From Acinetobacter phage SH-Ab 15599: a stretch of DNA of 64,000 nucleotides. Below the pieces are notes generated by a model, which saw only the letters and a program-made list of their open reading frames with translations, searched no databases and had not been told where the DNA came from. This document shows, one piece after another, positions 36,066 to 45,912 of the stretch; position 1 is the stretch's first letter, and each line of letters begins with the position of its first letter. The DNA lies in the sequence record MH517022.1. One strand, 5' to 3'. Made by a program: the position numbers and the translations under genes.

Positions 36066-36935
36066 TCAAATAGGTTTACCGTCTTCGCCAACCAATTCAA
36101 TTTTAGGAGTGTTTTGAACAATATCAACAGCTGCAGCAGCATGAGCAGCTTCAATAGGAGAATGTTTCACCATAGGCGCAAATACTGGATCCATGAATTC
36201 AACAGATTTCAAGAATTTATTGGCTTCATATTTTTTGCCGTGACAGTCTACTTGGTCACCTAAAGAATATACCGCATACACGTCATGCTCAACTTCTTTA
36301 TGGAACAATTTAATGCCAATTGCAGCATATTTCGAATATGTTGAATCTAAAGACGTTGTGCCATAACAAAGTTTAGAGACGTTTGAAACTGTAACAGCAT
36401 ATAAGTCGTCTACTGGATCAACACCAATGAATACCGAGATATGAATTAATGCATTGATCAATTTATCAAGGTCTTGGCAGAATTTTTCATTTGTGTAGTT
36501 TTTAGTTTTCAAAGAAGTTGCAATGTCTTTTACAAGAGTATCAATTTCATCGCGATATTCTTCAAACTCTACAGTTAGCAAGTTACGCTCTGTGCTGTTC
36601 ACATGAGCAAAGCCGCCGCGAATTTCAGCAATAGTTTGAGTGAAATAATATTGAGTATCAACACCAGCGCGCCAAATACTACCAATAGAAGTAGTCAAAC
36701 AATCAGATAGACCATCACGTAATTCATCAGAAACATAACCGTGATTCAATGCTAATAGGACTTCATCCCATTCAGATTCAGTATAAGAATGTTGATCAAT
36801 TGCATTTTGGGTTCCAGCTTCTGCATCACCTAAAGCGCGACCAAACAATGAATTCATATAAGCAATTTGACCAGCAAATGTTTGCTTTTCTTTTAAACTA
36901 GCAACAGAAAGAAGCATTTTGTTATTTCCTAACAT
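36066..36935 (-). CDS. hypothetical protein, possibly a tandem MazG-like NTP pyrophosphohydrolase
   Basis: Two helical segments with EExxE/D-rich motifs (EFEEYRDEIDTLVKD ... DPVDDLYAVTVSNVSK). Function assignment is tentative. Confidence 0.35.
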   Translation of the reverse strand: MLGNNKMLLSVASLKEKQTFAGQIAYMNSLFGRALGDAEAGTQNAIDQHSYTESEWDEVLLALNHGYVSDELRDGLSDCLTTSIGSIWRAGVDTQYYFTQTIAEIRGGFAHVNSTERNLLTVEFEEYRDEIDTLVKDIATSLKTKNYTNEKFCQDLDKLINALIHISVFIGVDPVDDLYAVTVSNVSKLCYGTTSLDSTYSKYAAIGIKLFHKEVEHDVYAVYSLGDQVDCHGKKYEANKFLKSVEFMDPVFAPMVKHSPIEAAHAAAAVDIVQNTPKIELVGEDGKPI

Positions 36936-36991
36936 GTTAAGGGGTTCACGGTAAAGTTTACCCCTTAATCTTAGTCAAGATAAAAATCAAA

Positions 36992-38983
36992 TTAAACTTT
37001 AAAAGAATCATCAGGCATGCGAGTAGAGATAGGCAGAGAGTTATACACGTTGGTACTGCTATTTGATACGTTGTTAGTCGTATTATTTTGAGTGGTCTGG
37101 TGAATAGCTGCTTGTGCTTTCTTCTCCTCTTTCTCCCTTTCTTCTTTGGTATCAAAGATATCCTTTAAAGAAGGCCAGTCAGATGTCCAACGCTCAATCA
37201 GAGGCTTTTTAGCCTCCTTCTCAGCGTCCTTTTGTTTAGCCTCTGGAGATGATTTCTCTTGTTTATCTGTATTTCCAATACTAGGAAAGAATTTGTCTCC
37301 TAGGTTACCAGGCAATACATTAAGCGCATCACGAGCCTTTTCTTGGAACAGTTTCTTCAAAGTCGGCCCGATATTGTCAATGAAATTAGATACGTCAGCA
37401 AATACATCTGTAATGAAAGTGAATCCAGATTCTATCTTGTCTTTAGCTGTAGAAAGACCGTCTGAGATAGTATTCTTCAGATCAACAAGAAAGGCGAATG
37501 ACTGAATGATAACATTAGGGATGTCTGCCAATTTCTTAGCAACGTATTGCTTAACAAATCCGCCAATATCAGTTTCAAACCCGAAGAATCCAGTGATAAC
37601 ATCTACGATACCAACGATACCGCCAATGAAACCCCCAACGCCAGCACTTACTTTGTCCCAAAGGGTTAATGCCTCTTTAGCCTTACCCAGTACTTGATCT
37701 GCATTGGAGAAAGCGTCAAAGAAATCAAACAGACCTACTACAACTGCAATGACCTGTCCAATAACGGGTATGCTCTTTGTCAATTTGCCCAATTTGGATA
37801 CCTTTCCAAGCGTACCCTTGAGGCCATCAAATGCTTCCCCGAGTTTACCGAACGCCCCTCCAATAAAGTCTTTTACAACAGTAATAACATTACCAGCGAA
37901 CTTGATCAGATTTTTAGGACTAAGGGCCGCCAAAACCATAACTCCAGCCCTAGCAATGAACGATACAATCCCTTTCATCAAGCCCTTGCGTCCAAACAAC
38001 AGAGGCGTTATGAAATCCAAAATGCCGCCTCCAGTGTCACCCTGAGGAGGGGCCAATGTTGGCGTTGTAGATACTGGGGTTGCTTTAGGTTTATAGTGAC
38101 GGAAATTGTTACCCATCTTCTCAGCATTACGAGCTTCAGCATCATTTTTACTCATAATGAGTTGTTCTTTGATATCTGCTGCAATAGCCTCAATATGAGT
38201 TAAGATACCCTGATCTACATCTTTTAGACCTAGAATATCAGCCTTCATTTCCTTGTAATCAAATGTAACTGGATTATTGATTACGACGGGAGCAGAACTT
38301 GCCACTGTTGGTTTTGGTAACTTAACAGGCTTAGTCTGTTCTTCAACCTCTGGGATTTTAGGAACAGGGAAAGGGCGCTCTTTCATATGATCAAGGAATG
38401 AAATCTGCGGAGCGCTCTTGGTCTTTCTTTCACTTCTGTCTACAATCTTTTTAGAGACGGATTTCACAACATCTTTCATTAGACCAAACAAAGGACCAGT
38501 TTGATCTGCAAAATCTCCCACTCCCATCTTATCCTTTTGGATATTAGATGCAATACGTTCCAATAGACTATCAGTTTTCACTGAATCAATAGCAACTTTA
38601 ACATTTTGTTTAACAGCCTCTTGATCTACATTATGTGTTGTAGAGTCTTCTGCCAACTTAATATTGCTGTTGATAGTTTTCAACGTCAACAATGCCTGAC
38701 GTCTCAGAGCAGGATCATTCAACGAGCGTAATTGCATTGATACATCTAGCGCCGTTTGAATAGCGGCAGACGTTATAGCATCAATCTGTTTATCTTCAGA
38801 CAATTTCACCTGTTCAGTGATTTTCTTCATTGCCTTCAAAAGTTCAGATTTATCTCCCTTGTCTTTTGACAGATCGTGCATTGCTTTGTTCAGCTCTTCT
38901 GCTGACTTAGCCGCCTCCAATTCCCGTTGACGTTCCAATGCTGCCTTAGATGGAGATGTTATTGGTTTGTTATCAGGTTCCAT
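36992..38983 (-). CDS. tape measure / baseplate hub protein (T4 gp29-like)
   Basis: 663 aa with a coiled-coil N-terminus and Gly-rich hydrophobic segments (GVGGFIGGIVGIVDVITGFFGF), typical of tape measure proteins. Confidence 0.65.
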   Translation of the reverse strand: MEPDNKPITSPSKAALERQRELEAAKSAEELNKAMHDLSKDKGDKSELLKAMKKITEQVKLSEDKQIDAITSAAIQTALDVSMQLRSLNDPALRRQALLTLKTINSNIKLAEDSTTHNVDQEAVKQNVKVAIDSVKTDSLLERIASNIQKDKMGVGDFADQTGPLFGLMKDVVKSVSKKIVDRSERKTKSAPQISFLDHMKERPFPVPKIPEVEEQTKPVKLPKPTVASSAPVVINNPVTFDYKEMKADILGLKDVDQGILTHIEAIAADIKEQLIMSKNDAEARNAEKMGNNFRHYKPKATPVSTTPTLAPPQGDTGGGILDFITPLLFGRKGLMKGIVSFIARAGVMVLAALSPKNLIKFAGNVITVVKDFIGGAFGKLGEAFDGLKGTLGKVSKLGKLTKSIPVIGQVIAVVVGLFDFFDAFSNADQVLGKAKEALTLWDKVSAGVGGFIGGIVGIVDVITGFFGFETDIGGFVKQYVAKKLADIPNVIIQSFAFLVDLKNTISDGLSTAKDKIESGFTFITDVFADVSNFIDNIGPTLKKLFQEKARDALNVLPGNLGDKFFPSIGNTDKQEKSSPEAKQKDAEKEAKKPLIERWTSDWPSLKDIFDTKEEREKEEKKAQAAIHQTTQNNTTNNVSNSSTNVYNSLPISTRMPDDSFKV

Positions 38984-38993
38984 TGTTTACACC

Positions 38994-40289
38994 TCAAGGA
39001 AGTAATTTCTGCGCAGGTGCATTCTCTGGAGGAGGAGCATCTTTGCTTTGGGCGGTCTTTTGATCTGTTTGAGGGACTTCTGGAAGCCCAATCTCAGCTT
39101 GAACATCTACAGCATAACTGTCTTTACATAATTCAAGAGCGCAACTGTAATTGTTCCCTTTGATCAAATGTCTGAGTGAAGTGATTAACCAACGTCCAGA
39201 CGTTAATGTTTCATTTTGTACATTTGAAGATGATAAATCAGGTACAGCCATTTCAATAATCTGACCCGCCTTGTATCCACTATCTCCTGGAACAATGACT
39301 TTGATCTTATAGAAATCCATAAGACCTATTAACATGTTGCGATAGACTTCACCCTCATGGCTCATATCAGCTCTGGTATACATGAAGTCCATTCTGAAGA
39401 AATTTTGGTCAGTTTCAGGATATAAAGGGAACTCATCAATTTTAGCAAAGTTTTCAGTACCAGATAGGGTTCTATAATCATATTGTTGCGTCTCTACAAT
39501 TCTGGAGTCGGCATTCAATAGGATCAGATTTACTCCCCACGCGCCGTTCTGAATTTGTTTCATACGGTCTGCTGATTTACAATATTCGTATTTTTGAACT
39601 CGTCTCCAAGCTCTATCTCCATCATCAGATACTCGACTCGGCTCAATATACAATCTGGTATAAGGTTCTTGAGAATATACATTATGTAATGATCTGAATT
39701 GATAACCGTCCATTGTTTCCCAGAATAAGAATGGATCGGTTTTTACACCGTATGCTCTCCCTGATATCCATTTACAAGCTTGTAAAGGAGAATAATATGG
39801 ACAAACGAAGGTTTGATTGTAATTAGCAGTATCTTTTGTTAAAGAGGTTGTTGAACCCAAGTCTTTTAATAACATTTCAACAATAGCATCATATGTTCCA
39901 TCGTATGCTTTAGAAATGTTTAACTTGAAATCTCTGTAACGGTCTTGGGTGATCAAATACAATGTATAGATTTGTTTATTGGTTTGATCAGTCTCTAATC
40001 TATCCCCGACTTTGGCTACACAAAGAGTTATCAATTGAGTATCTTGATAAACTGGAGTTCTGAATCTAACATCTATCAACTCTCCGCCCACCAATGGAAA
40101 TGACTCAGGCAAGTTAATGAGATCATGCATTACAATAGTTCCGAATATTGTAGGCGAGAACATATCTTCATGAATAGCTAGTTCAAAGACAAAATCTCTG
40201 ATATCAAATTTTTCGTCTTCAGTCATACCCTCTCTATACATCAATATGCTTTCTATTCGGAATGTATCCAAAGGAACAAAATCACTCAT
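38994..40289 (-). CDS. baseplate hub protein (gp27 / gpD / VgrG-N-like)
   Basis: 431 aa with ...SGRWLITSLRHLI... near the C-terminus, a motif typical of gp27-like hubs. Adjacent to the tape measure gene. Confidence 0.5.
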   Translation of the reverse strand: MSDFVPLDTFRIESILMYREGMTEDEKFDIRDFVFELAIHEDMFSPTIFGTIVMHDLINLPESFPLVGGELIDVRFRTPVYQDTQLITLCVAKVGDRLETDQTNKQIYTLYLITQDRYRDFKLNISKAYDGTYDAIVEMLLKDLGSTTSLTKDTANYNQTFVCPYYSPLQACKWISGRAYGVKTDPFLFWETMDGYQFRSLHNVYSQEPYTRLYIEPSRVSDDGDRAWRRVQKYEYCKSADRMKQIQNGAWGVNLILLNADSRIVETQQYDYRTLSGTENFAKIDEFPLYPETDQNFFRMDFMYTRADMSHEGEVYRNMLIGLMDFYKIKVIVPGDSGYKAGQIIEMAVPDLSSSNVQNETLTSGRWLITSLRHLIKGNNYSCALELCKDSYAVDVQAEIGLPEVPQTDQKTAQSKDAPPPENAPAQKLLP

Positions 40290-40831
40290 TTGAATAACTC
40301 CTCAATTTGACGAACAATGTTAGGGATATATTCCGGCAGAATCAATTTGATTTGTCTTTTCTTTTGGTTGATTTCATCTTCATAAGCAAAATACGTTACG
40401 GGTTTAAGACCATGTTTCGAAATTGCTTCTTGTGTTGAAATGCTCTCTCCAATCAACACATAAGCTTCTGGGTCTTGAACATTCCCATGTTCATCAATCC
40501 AATGGTATACGTCTCCGTATTCATTATCGGGGTACTTGTCTTTGAACCATTTTTCAAATGCGTATTGAGGTACAGGCCAACTGTCAACTATGTTAACCAT
40601 ATTGTTAGCAAGAACAATAACCCACCAATAATTGGGAGAACCATATACAATTCTGGATAGGTCTGAGAGTGTATCAGAATCTCTCAATGAATGTTCTGTC
40701 CAATATCTTGGATTGTTTTTGTATTGATCTGGAATTGCTACATGCTTGGTCAGATCGGGAATGGATACAATCTGACCCTGTTTATTGTATTCTGCCTTTC
40801 CGAAATAACGAGATAGCATCTCAATTCTCAC
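40286..40831 (-). CDS. baseplate-associated protein with a LysM-like segment (gp53-like?)
   Basis: SDTLSDLSRIVYGSPNYWWVIVLANN resembles a LysM fold. Lies in the baseplate module. Confidence 0.4.
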   Translation of the reverse strand: MRIEMLSRYFGKAEYNKQGQIVSIPDLTKHVAIPDQYKNNPRYWTEHSLRDSDTLSDLSRIVYGSPNYWWVIVLANNMVNIVDSWPVPQYAFEKWFKDKYPDNEYGDVYHWIDEHGNVQDPEAYVLIGESISTQEAISKHGLKPVTYFAYEDEINQKKRQIKLILPEYIPNIVRQIEELFK

Positions 40832-40898
40832 TTAGTCTTATCACTAATCGTACTTATGAGAATAGACATTCTATGAGTGAGCAGTAATTTCTAAAATC

Positions 40899-40931
40899 CA
40901 TAAAAATTGCCCTGATAGATACAGAGCAATT
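40899..40931 (-). terminator. rho-independent terminator (ATTGCTCTG-TATCTAT-CAGGGCAAT plus TTTTTAT on the minus strand)
   Basis: Located after the stop of the 40966 gene. Confidence 0.55.
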
Positions 40932-40965
40932 TGACCCAATTTTACCATTTCCACACGGTAGTGAC

Positions 40966-41991
40966 TCAATAAGATTCGTTCGGATCATCGTTGGCGTCTC
41001 TGACTAAACGCAACAACTCAACGAATTGTAGTTCTATTACTACAGACTGAGGAATATATTCGCCCTCTGGACTCTTGATAATACTCATGCCACCGTTAGG
41101 GGTTCTGTTCACATTGATGTTAGTCAACGCACAAGTCTGAAGTTTTGTCCAATATTTTGAACGTTTACCACTCTTAGCATCAACAAAGCTGATGTCAAAT
41201 GTGTAAGGTGCTCTGAAGTATGAACCATTATCAGTTCCGTTGACCCAAAGCTCAGGTAGAGAAGCTTGCTTCAGCCTATGGATCAACAACTGCATTGTTT
41301 CAGCTTCTTGTAGATTTCTAGGCGTTAATGTAAACTGAAAGGGAATCATACGGTTGTTTACATTAGAGAACAACATCTCAGTAAAGTCATTGGCTCTGAT
41401 ACCTGCCATTAACTCAACATAACGTTTAGCGCCATCAGCAACCTTTGAGAGATTGCTGCCCTTTCTACCAGCAACCTTTGCTAAAACAGAAGGAGCAGCA
41501 GCTGCTACTTGTTGCCCAGCCCCTGCATAATCGCCTTGAACAACTGACTGTACAAGCTCTGCATTGCGGGCTAATGCACCAAACTCAGTCTGAGACCAAC
41601 CGACGTTTAAGTTTTCAATCCACTGATCAGGTGGAGGTAGTACAATGGATTGACCCGTCTTTCTGTAACCAGGCAATGATGAACGCACAGAACCAGCGTT
41701 GGTAGAATTACCTTTCTTCTGCATCTCAACTTCAGTATTTTCAACACCTGTTGTATTTTTAGATGTCAAACTGGATTTGTTGTTTGTCTTAGTTGAAGCA
41801 TTATTGGTTGCGTTAGACGAGTCTTTGTTATAGTCAATAGCATTAAGCTCAAACATGACTACCAAACCAGAGTGATCCTCTCTGTTTAACAAATCAGTCG
41901 GCAATACCAATTGATCTTTGATTTTAGATTGGTTGTCATTCTTATCATTTGACAACTGTTGCTTAATTCTTTCTGCTACTGACGTTGCCAT
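40966..41991 (-). CDS. baseplate/tail-tube-associated protein (gp48/gp54-like?)
   Basis: 341 aa. Low-complexity N-terminus; C-terminal region (MIPFQFTLTPRNL...YFRAPYTFDISFV) resembles tail-tube-fold proteins. Confidence 0.4.
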   Translation of the reverse strand: MATSVAERIKQQLSNDKNDNQSKIKDQLVLPTDLLNREDHSGLVVMFELNAIDYNKDSSNATNNASTKTNNKSSLTSKNTTGVENTEVEMQKKGNSTNAGSVRSSLPGYRKTGQSIVLPPPDQWIENLNVGWSQTEFGALARNAELVQSVVQGDYAGAGQQVAAAAPSVLAKVAGRKGSNLSKVADGAKRYVELMAGIRANDFTEMLFSNVNNRMIPFQFTLTPRNLQEAETMQLLIHRLKQASLPELWVNGTDNGSYFRAPYTFDISFVDAKSGKRSKYWTKLQTCALTNINVNRTPNGGMSIIKSPEGEYIPQSVVIELQFVELLRLVRDANDDPNESY

Positions 41992-42490
41992 TGACTTTCA
42001 CCTTTGGTTTCTTTGGTTGTCTATACGGTTTGATAGCATTTCTGTTAGGCATGATATGATCTTCAGTCAAGATGATGAAGACTGCTTTTTCAGCTTCTGC
42101 TACCTTCTTAGCCGCAGCCCATTTAGCGCTATTGATCGTCCAAGTCTTCACCTTCTCTTGCCAAGTGAATTCAGATTCCTTTGGCCCCCGTTTAGGCGGT
42201 TGAGTCTCGTGTTTAGGTTTGACTTCAACTAAGAACTTTGTCAACCCATCTTTTGTATTAGACCAAAACACAAAATCAATAATATATCTTCTCATCTTGC
42301 TCGAAGTTGGATCCCAATATGGTATCTCCTTCTCCTCAGATTGCCATCTAAGAATTTCAGGAGTTTCATCAAACCACTTCATGAGAATGCGTTCCCAAGA
42401 ACTTCTGAAAACGCAATTAGTGTGATCCCCAATATACTTCTCAGGATGTAAGATTCCATATTTGCCTTGTTGGAATTTTCCCCAAGCCAT
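41963..42490 (-). CDS. hypothetical protein (175 aa), possibly gp4-like head completion
   Basis: ORF with basic C-terminus. Assignment rests on remembered similarity only. Confidence 0.35.
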   Translation of the reverse strand: MAWGKFQQGKYGILHPEKYIGDHTNCVFRSSWERILMKWFDETPEILRWQSEEKEIPYWDPTSSKMRRYIIDFVFWSNTKDGLTKFLVEVKPKHETQPPKRGPKESEFTWQEKVKTWTINSAKWAAAKKVAEAEKAVFIILTEDHIMPNRNAIKPYRQPKKPKVKVNGNVSSRKN

Positions 42491-42841
42491 TTACATATCT
42501 CCTAGTTCAACCATATCAACAGTTTGTCCAGCTAATGAATGGTGGCAATCGCTCAAGAATTGAATCTTTCCATCTGTCATAAACAAATGACATTGATTAC
42601 TATCGCCTTGATTAACCATTAATGAAGGGGTGAACGTAGGTTTATCAATATCGCCGTTGAAGTTCCAAGTGATAGGATAACGAGCTGGATTGGTATGATA
42701 TGGGTGTAGACGGTCGCACCCAGGGCATCTGAAAAAGTAGATATCCTGAGAACGGTAGAAGAACTTGTTCAACGGCTTCCATTCATGGTCTTCGTCTTCA
42801 ATGGTATGATTCATTTCTTCTTCAATAATTTTATGTATCAT
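42491..42841 (-). CDS. small Cys/His-rich (zinc-binding?) protein (116 aa)
   Basis: CPGC...C.H...CHH pattern. Confidence 0.45.
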   Translation of the reverse strand: MIHKIIEEEMNHTIEDEDHEWKPLNKFFYRSQDIYFFRCPGCDRLHPYHTNPARYPITWNFNGDIDKPTFTPSLMVNQGDSNQCHLFMTDGKIQFLSDCHHSLAGQTVDMVELGDM

Positions 42842-43416
42842 TTCTTGACCACTCCGGCATTCGAATTAGATTTGTCCATTGACTTCAGTTTACGATACTT
42901 AAATGTAACTGTGAATGAACCGACAACATCTCTTTCTTCTCGGTTGATCGTTAAATCAGTAACAATGGATGGCCACACTTCCGTAGCAACGCATTTTCTT
43001 ACGTCTCTGTCCATTCGGTCTTTCAATATAATTGCGACTTGTTCTGAAACGTAATCGTCGTAAAATCCTACAGTATGATCTTCCTTGAAAATAACCTCAC
43101 GCCAAATGGTGAAGAATTTATGTTCAAGCATATCGCCCATACAAATGAATGTAATTGCGAAATCGCCATTTGATTTCTCATATGCCACATAAGCAGTAAA
43201 CCCCACATGAATCTCTGAAGCGGCAATAGAAAAACCAGGCAGGTTGGTGTCTCTAGCAGTGAGGTTAATACGGTTTAATATGGGATCATTATTGTATTCA
43301 GCATTGAATTTATTGAGCACAGCTTCAGGAACAGCCAATTGTACTGAAAATCTGTTAGTGCGCTGCACATCCTTAGTCTTGACTAAGTTGATGAACTGCT
43401 GTAATTGTTCAGACAT
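42838..43416 (-). CDS. tail tube family protein (gp19/gp48/gp54 fold)
   Basis: RTNRFSVQL...LPGFSI...EVWPSIVTDLTINREERDVVGSFTVTFKY parallels T4 gp19 (RPNLFQVEI...GLWPTNVGELQLDWDSNNEIQTFEVTL). Confidence 0.5.
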   Translation of the reverse strand: MSEQLQQFINLVKTKDVQRTNRFSVQLAVPEAVLNKFNAEYNNDPILNRINLTARDTNLPGFSIAASEIHVGFTAYVAYEKSNGDFAITFICMGDMLEHKFFTIWREVIFKEDHTVGFYDDYVSEQVAIILKDRMDRDVRKCVATEVWPSIVTDLTINREERDVVGSFTVTFKYRKLKSMDKSNSNAGVVKK

Positions 43417-43435
43417 GGTATCACCTCAACTTACA

Positions 43436-43449
43436 CATAAATATTTATG
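43436..43449. promoter_or_regulatory. perfect 14-bp palindrome CATAAATATTTATG giving a CATAAATA late-promoter-like motif on both strands of a divergent intergenic region
   Basis: Lies 26 nt from the minus-strand start at 43416 and 32 nt from the plus-strand start at 43475. Confidence 0.4.
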
Positions 43450-43474
43450 CTGGTATTGAAATGGGAGTAAATCA

Positions 43475-44152
43475 ATGGCAACAGCTAAAGAACAATTGAT
43501 GTCGCCTTTGGCTATTACCCGTTATTGGGATAAATTCTTCAAAGCGAATCCATATCAACAGAAGGTTTATAATGACGAAGCCGTTGAATGGTTCAGAAAA
43601 CGCGTCTCAAAAGACTTAAAGGTACAAGCTGAAAAGATCATTGATGCAAATTCTGGATATAAAAAGCGTACCCCAAAAGCAACTGCCAGACTATCTACCA
43701 GTTCATTGTATACATTCGAGTATAAAGCTGAGAGTCCAGGCAGCGATTTAGGATTCTATGATAGATTTCCAATGTGTTTCTTCTTCAATTCATATAAATC
43801 AAAAGAAGGGAAAACAATCATATTAGGATTGAATCTACACTATCTCACCCCTATGCAACGCGCACAATTGTTGAAGGCATTAATGAAAATCAAAAATGCC
43901 AAAGGTATTGATATGGGCAGACGTTTGAATCTCGAATGGCAAACAATTGTATCAGTTGCTGGTACAAAGATTGCCGAAGCGGCGGTGCATGCCTACAGAG
44001 CGGATAGATTCCTATCTCATACTGTAGAGGTAGCTCCTGAGGATTACATTGTAGCAGCCTTCCTACGCTCAGAAAGATGGGTTAAACCAGTTTCAGTTGA
44101 TCCTGCAGTTCAGTCTCATGTAAGAAGAATGATAAGAAAAGGCGCCAAATAA
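43475..44152 (+). CDS. hypothetical protein (225 aa)
   Basis: Divergently oriented from the structural genes. Confidence 0.55.
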   Translation: MATAKEQLMSPLAITRYWDKFFKANPYQQKVYNDEAVEWFRKRVSKDLKVQAEKIIDANSGYKKRTPKATARLSTSSLYTFEYKAESPGSDLGFYDRFPMCFFFNSYKSKEGKTIILGLNLHYLTPMQRAQLLKALMKIKNAKGIDMGRRLNLEWQTIVSVAGTKIAEAAVHAYRADRFLSHTVEVAPEDYIVAAFLRSERWVKPVSVDPAVQSHVRRMIRKGAK

Positions 44153-44162
44153 GCGCCTTCTT

Positions 44163-44789
44163 TTAAGCCAATATGCGTTTGGCCTTTTGAGTTTGATCAA
44201 TTATTTCTTGAAATCCATCAACATGTTGTATCCAAGCAGATTGAGGACCAGAAGATAACAATTTGTGTTCTTTCGGGGTTATCTGATTGGTTTGAATAAG
44301 CATAGCTGGAATACCAGAATTTGCAACATCTTGTAGCACTTTAGGGTTATCATCCACCAATAAGTGATACTGATATTTGCTTTTACAAACGTTGGCATCA
44401 ATTAGTTTCACATCCTGGCCGAAATGTTTTTTCAGGAAATTGAACTTAGAAGTAAAATGACCTGGATAACATACGCTCAAAAAGTAGAAGTCAATATTGT
44501 TTCTGCGTAACCACTCAACATATTCTTGTGAACCAGACATTGGATCTAAATGGTCGTATAAATCGGCGTTGCTCCAGAAGTCATTGATTTTGTCTTCATT
44601 TACGCCGTAAAGTTCGTTCAAATGTTTATTATAATGACCATCTATTGATTGATATTGAGGTCTGATATAATCTTCTGGATGATTAACCCCCATCCATTTT
44701 AACCAAGGTTGTAATACGTCAACAACCGTCATATCTACATCTATCGCTACTGTCAAAGACATTTCAAATTTCCCGTAGGTTGTTATCAA
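44163..44789 (-). CDS. HAD-superfamily phosphatase, putative 5'(3')-deoxyribonucleotidase
   Basis: N-terminal DxDxT motif (AIDVDMTVVD) and size and architecture consistent with NT5C-like nucleotidases. Confidence 0.55.
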   Translation of the reverse strand: MITTYGKFEMSLTVAIDVDMTVVDVLQPWLKWMGVNHPEDYIRPQYQSIDGHYNKHLNELYGVNEDKINDFWSNADLYDHLDPMSGSQEYVEWLRRNNIDFYFLSVCYPGHFTSKFNFLKKHFGQDVKLIDANVCKSKYQYHLLVDDNPKVLQDVANSGIPAMLIQTNQITPKEHKLLSSGPQSAWIQHVDGFQEIIDQTQKAKRILA

Positions 44790-44790
44790 G

Positions 44791-44816
44791 AATTAAAAGG
44801 GAGTCGCAAGACTCCC
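44791..44816 (-). terminator. rho-independent terminator (GGGAGTC-TTGC-GACTCCC plus TTTTAATT on the minus strand) after gene 32
   Basis: Strong hairpin followed by a T-run. Confidence 0.6.
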
Positions 44817-44823
44817 TCTTTCA

Positions 44824-45912
44824 TTACGCGTCTTTTAACAGATCGGATAATGCAGCCAAGGTATTCTCTTGTGGATTTGTACCAAGGGCTGGCTCATTCG
44901 CAGTAGCAGGTTGTGCTTCTGGAGTGGCAGCAGATTGAGCAACGGTATTAGTTGTCGCAGTCGAAGGAGCAGATGCACCCACAGACGGTTGAGCAACAGA
45001 ACCGATTTGATGAGCTGTAGTTGTACTTGTAGTACCAGATGAAGGCGCTTTTGGATTGTAGTCCGCGTCAAAATTCATGGCTTTACAGAATTCAGCTTTT
45101 GCATCATCATAATCTTTAGGGAAATGCTTACGATCCAAGAACTCTTGAAGAGAGTGGGCTTGACGCCAAATTTCTTCAATCTTTTCTTCAGATTCAGCAA
45201 TAGGTGTAGCATTAGGTTGCCAAGCGCAAAGATCGAATTTAGGAACCGAAACTTCACGACCATTGAAAGTACGGTTTTCAAAAGTCAATTTAAGTTCTAA
45301 GTTACGACCTTCGAAGGCATCAAACGGATCAAACGGCGCAGCACCAAAAGGCGGCTCGCTTGCTTGATCAATGTATTTACGAATTGCACGACCAAATTTG
45401 AATAAACGAACAGTACCATTGTTTTCAGGATGATTTAAATCAGAAACAATAAGAATGTTTGCGTAGTAATCTTCACTTGGGATGTAATTTTTCAATTCAT
45501 TTTTACGGCGTTCATAGTCAGGGTGACCTTCACCTAATTTTTTGAGATCGCCCCATAATGGCATAGACCATTCACGGACTGGATCTTCTTCACCGAAAGT
45601 AGCTAAAGAGTTTTTATTATACCATTTATTACTTGGTGTTTTGAAGCTGTGACGCAAGATTTTTACAACTGGAGATAGGTTTTCAGCTAACACTTCACCA
45701 GCTTCAGCTTTTTCCATATCAACAGCTGGAATAGGAAGAAAACGAATTACAGCGAGAGCTTCATTCTTTGCGTTCTTTTCATATTTCCAGATACGCGGAT
45801 CATCATAACTTGGACGCTCGGTTTTCTCCAAAGTTTTTTGGAGTTGAGCCATATTATTGGTTCCACTTTTACGTAAAGCACTAAAATCAATAGCCATTTT
45901 TTCATTACTCAC
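44824..45912 (-). CDS. single-stranded DNA-binding protein (T4 gp32-like) with an extended S/T/A-rich C-terminal tail
   Basis: Matches to T4 gp32: AVIRFLP, YYANILIVSDLNHPENNGTVRLFKFGRAIRKYI (T4: [33 protein letters not shown]). Confidence 0.85.
   Translation of the reverse strand: MSNEKMAIDFSALRKSGTNNMAQLQKTLEKTERPSYDDPRIWKYEKNAKNEALAVIRFLPIPAVDMEKAEAGEVLAENLSPVVKILRHSFKTPSNKWYNKNSLATFGEEDPVREWSMPLWGDLKKLGEGHPDYERRKNELKNYIPSEDYYANILIVSDLNHPENNGTVRLFKFGRAIRKYIDQASEPPFGAAPFDPFDAFEGRNLELKLTFENRTFNGREVSVPKFDLCAWQPNATPIAESEEKIEEIWRQAHSLQEFLDRKHFPKDYDDAKAEFCKAMNFDADYNPKAPSSGTTSTTTAHQIGSVAQPSVGASAPSTATTNTVAQSAATPEAQPATANEPALGTNPQENTLAALSDLLKDA

Noticed and set aside
37146-38203. Several plus-strand ORFs (119-169 aa)
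   Set aside because: Antisense to the tape-measure-like gene. Low-complexity shadow ORFs.
44835-45281. Two minus-strand alternative-frame ORFs within gene 32
   Set aside because: Different frame of the confidently assigned gp32 gene; no independent support.
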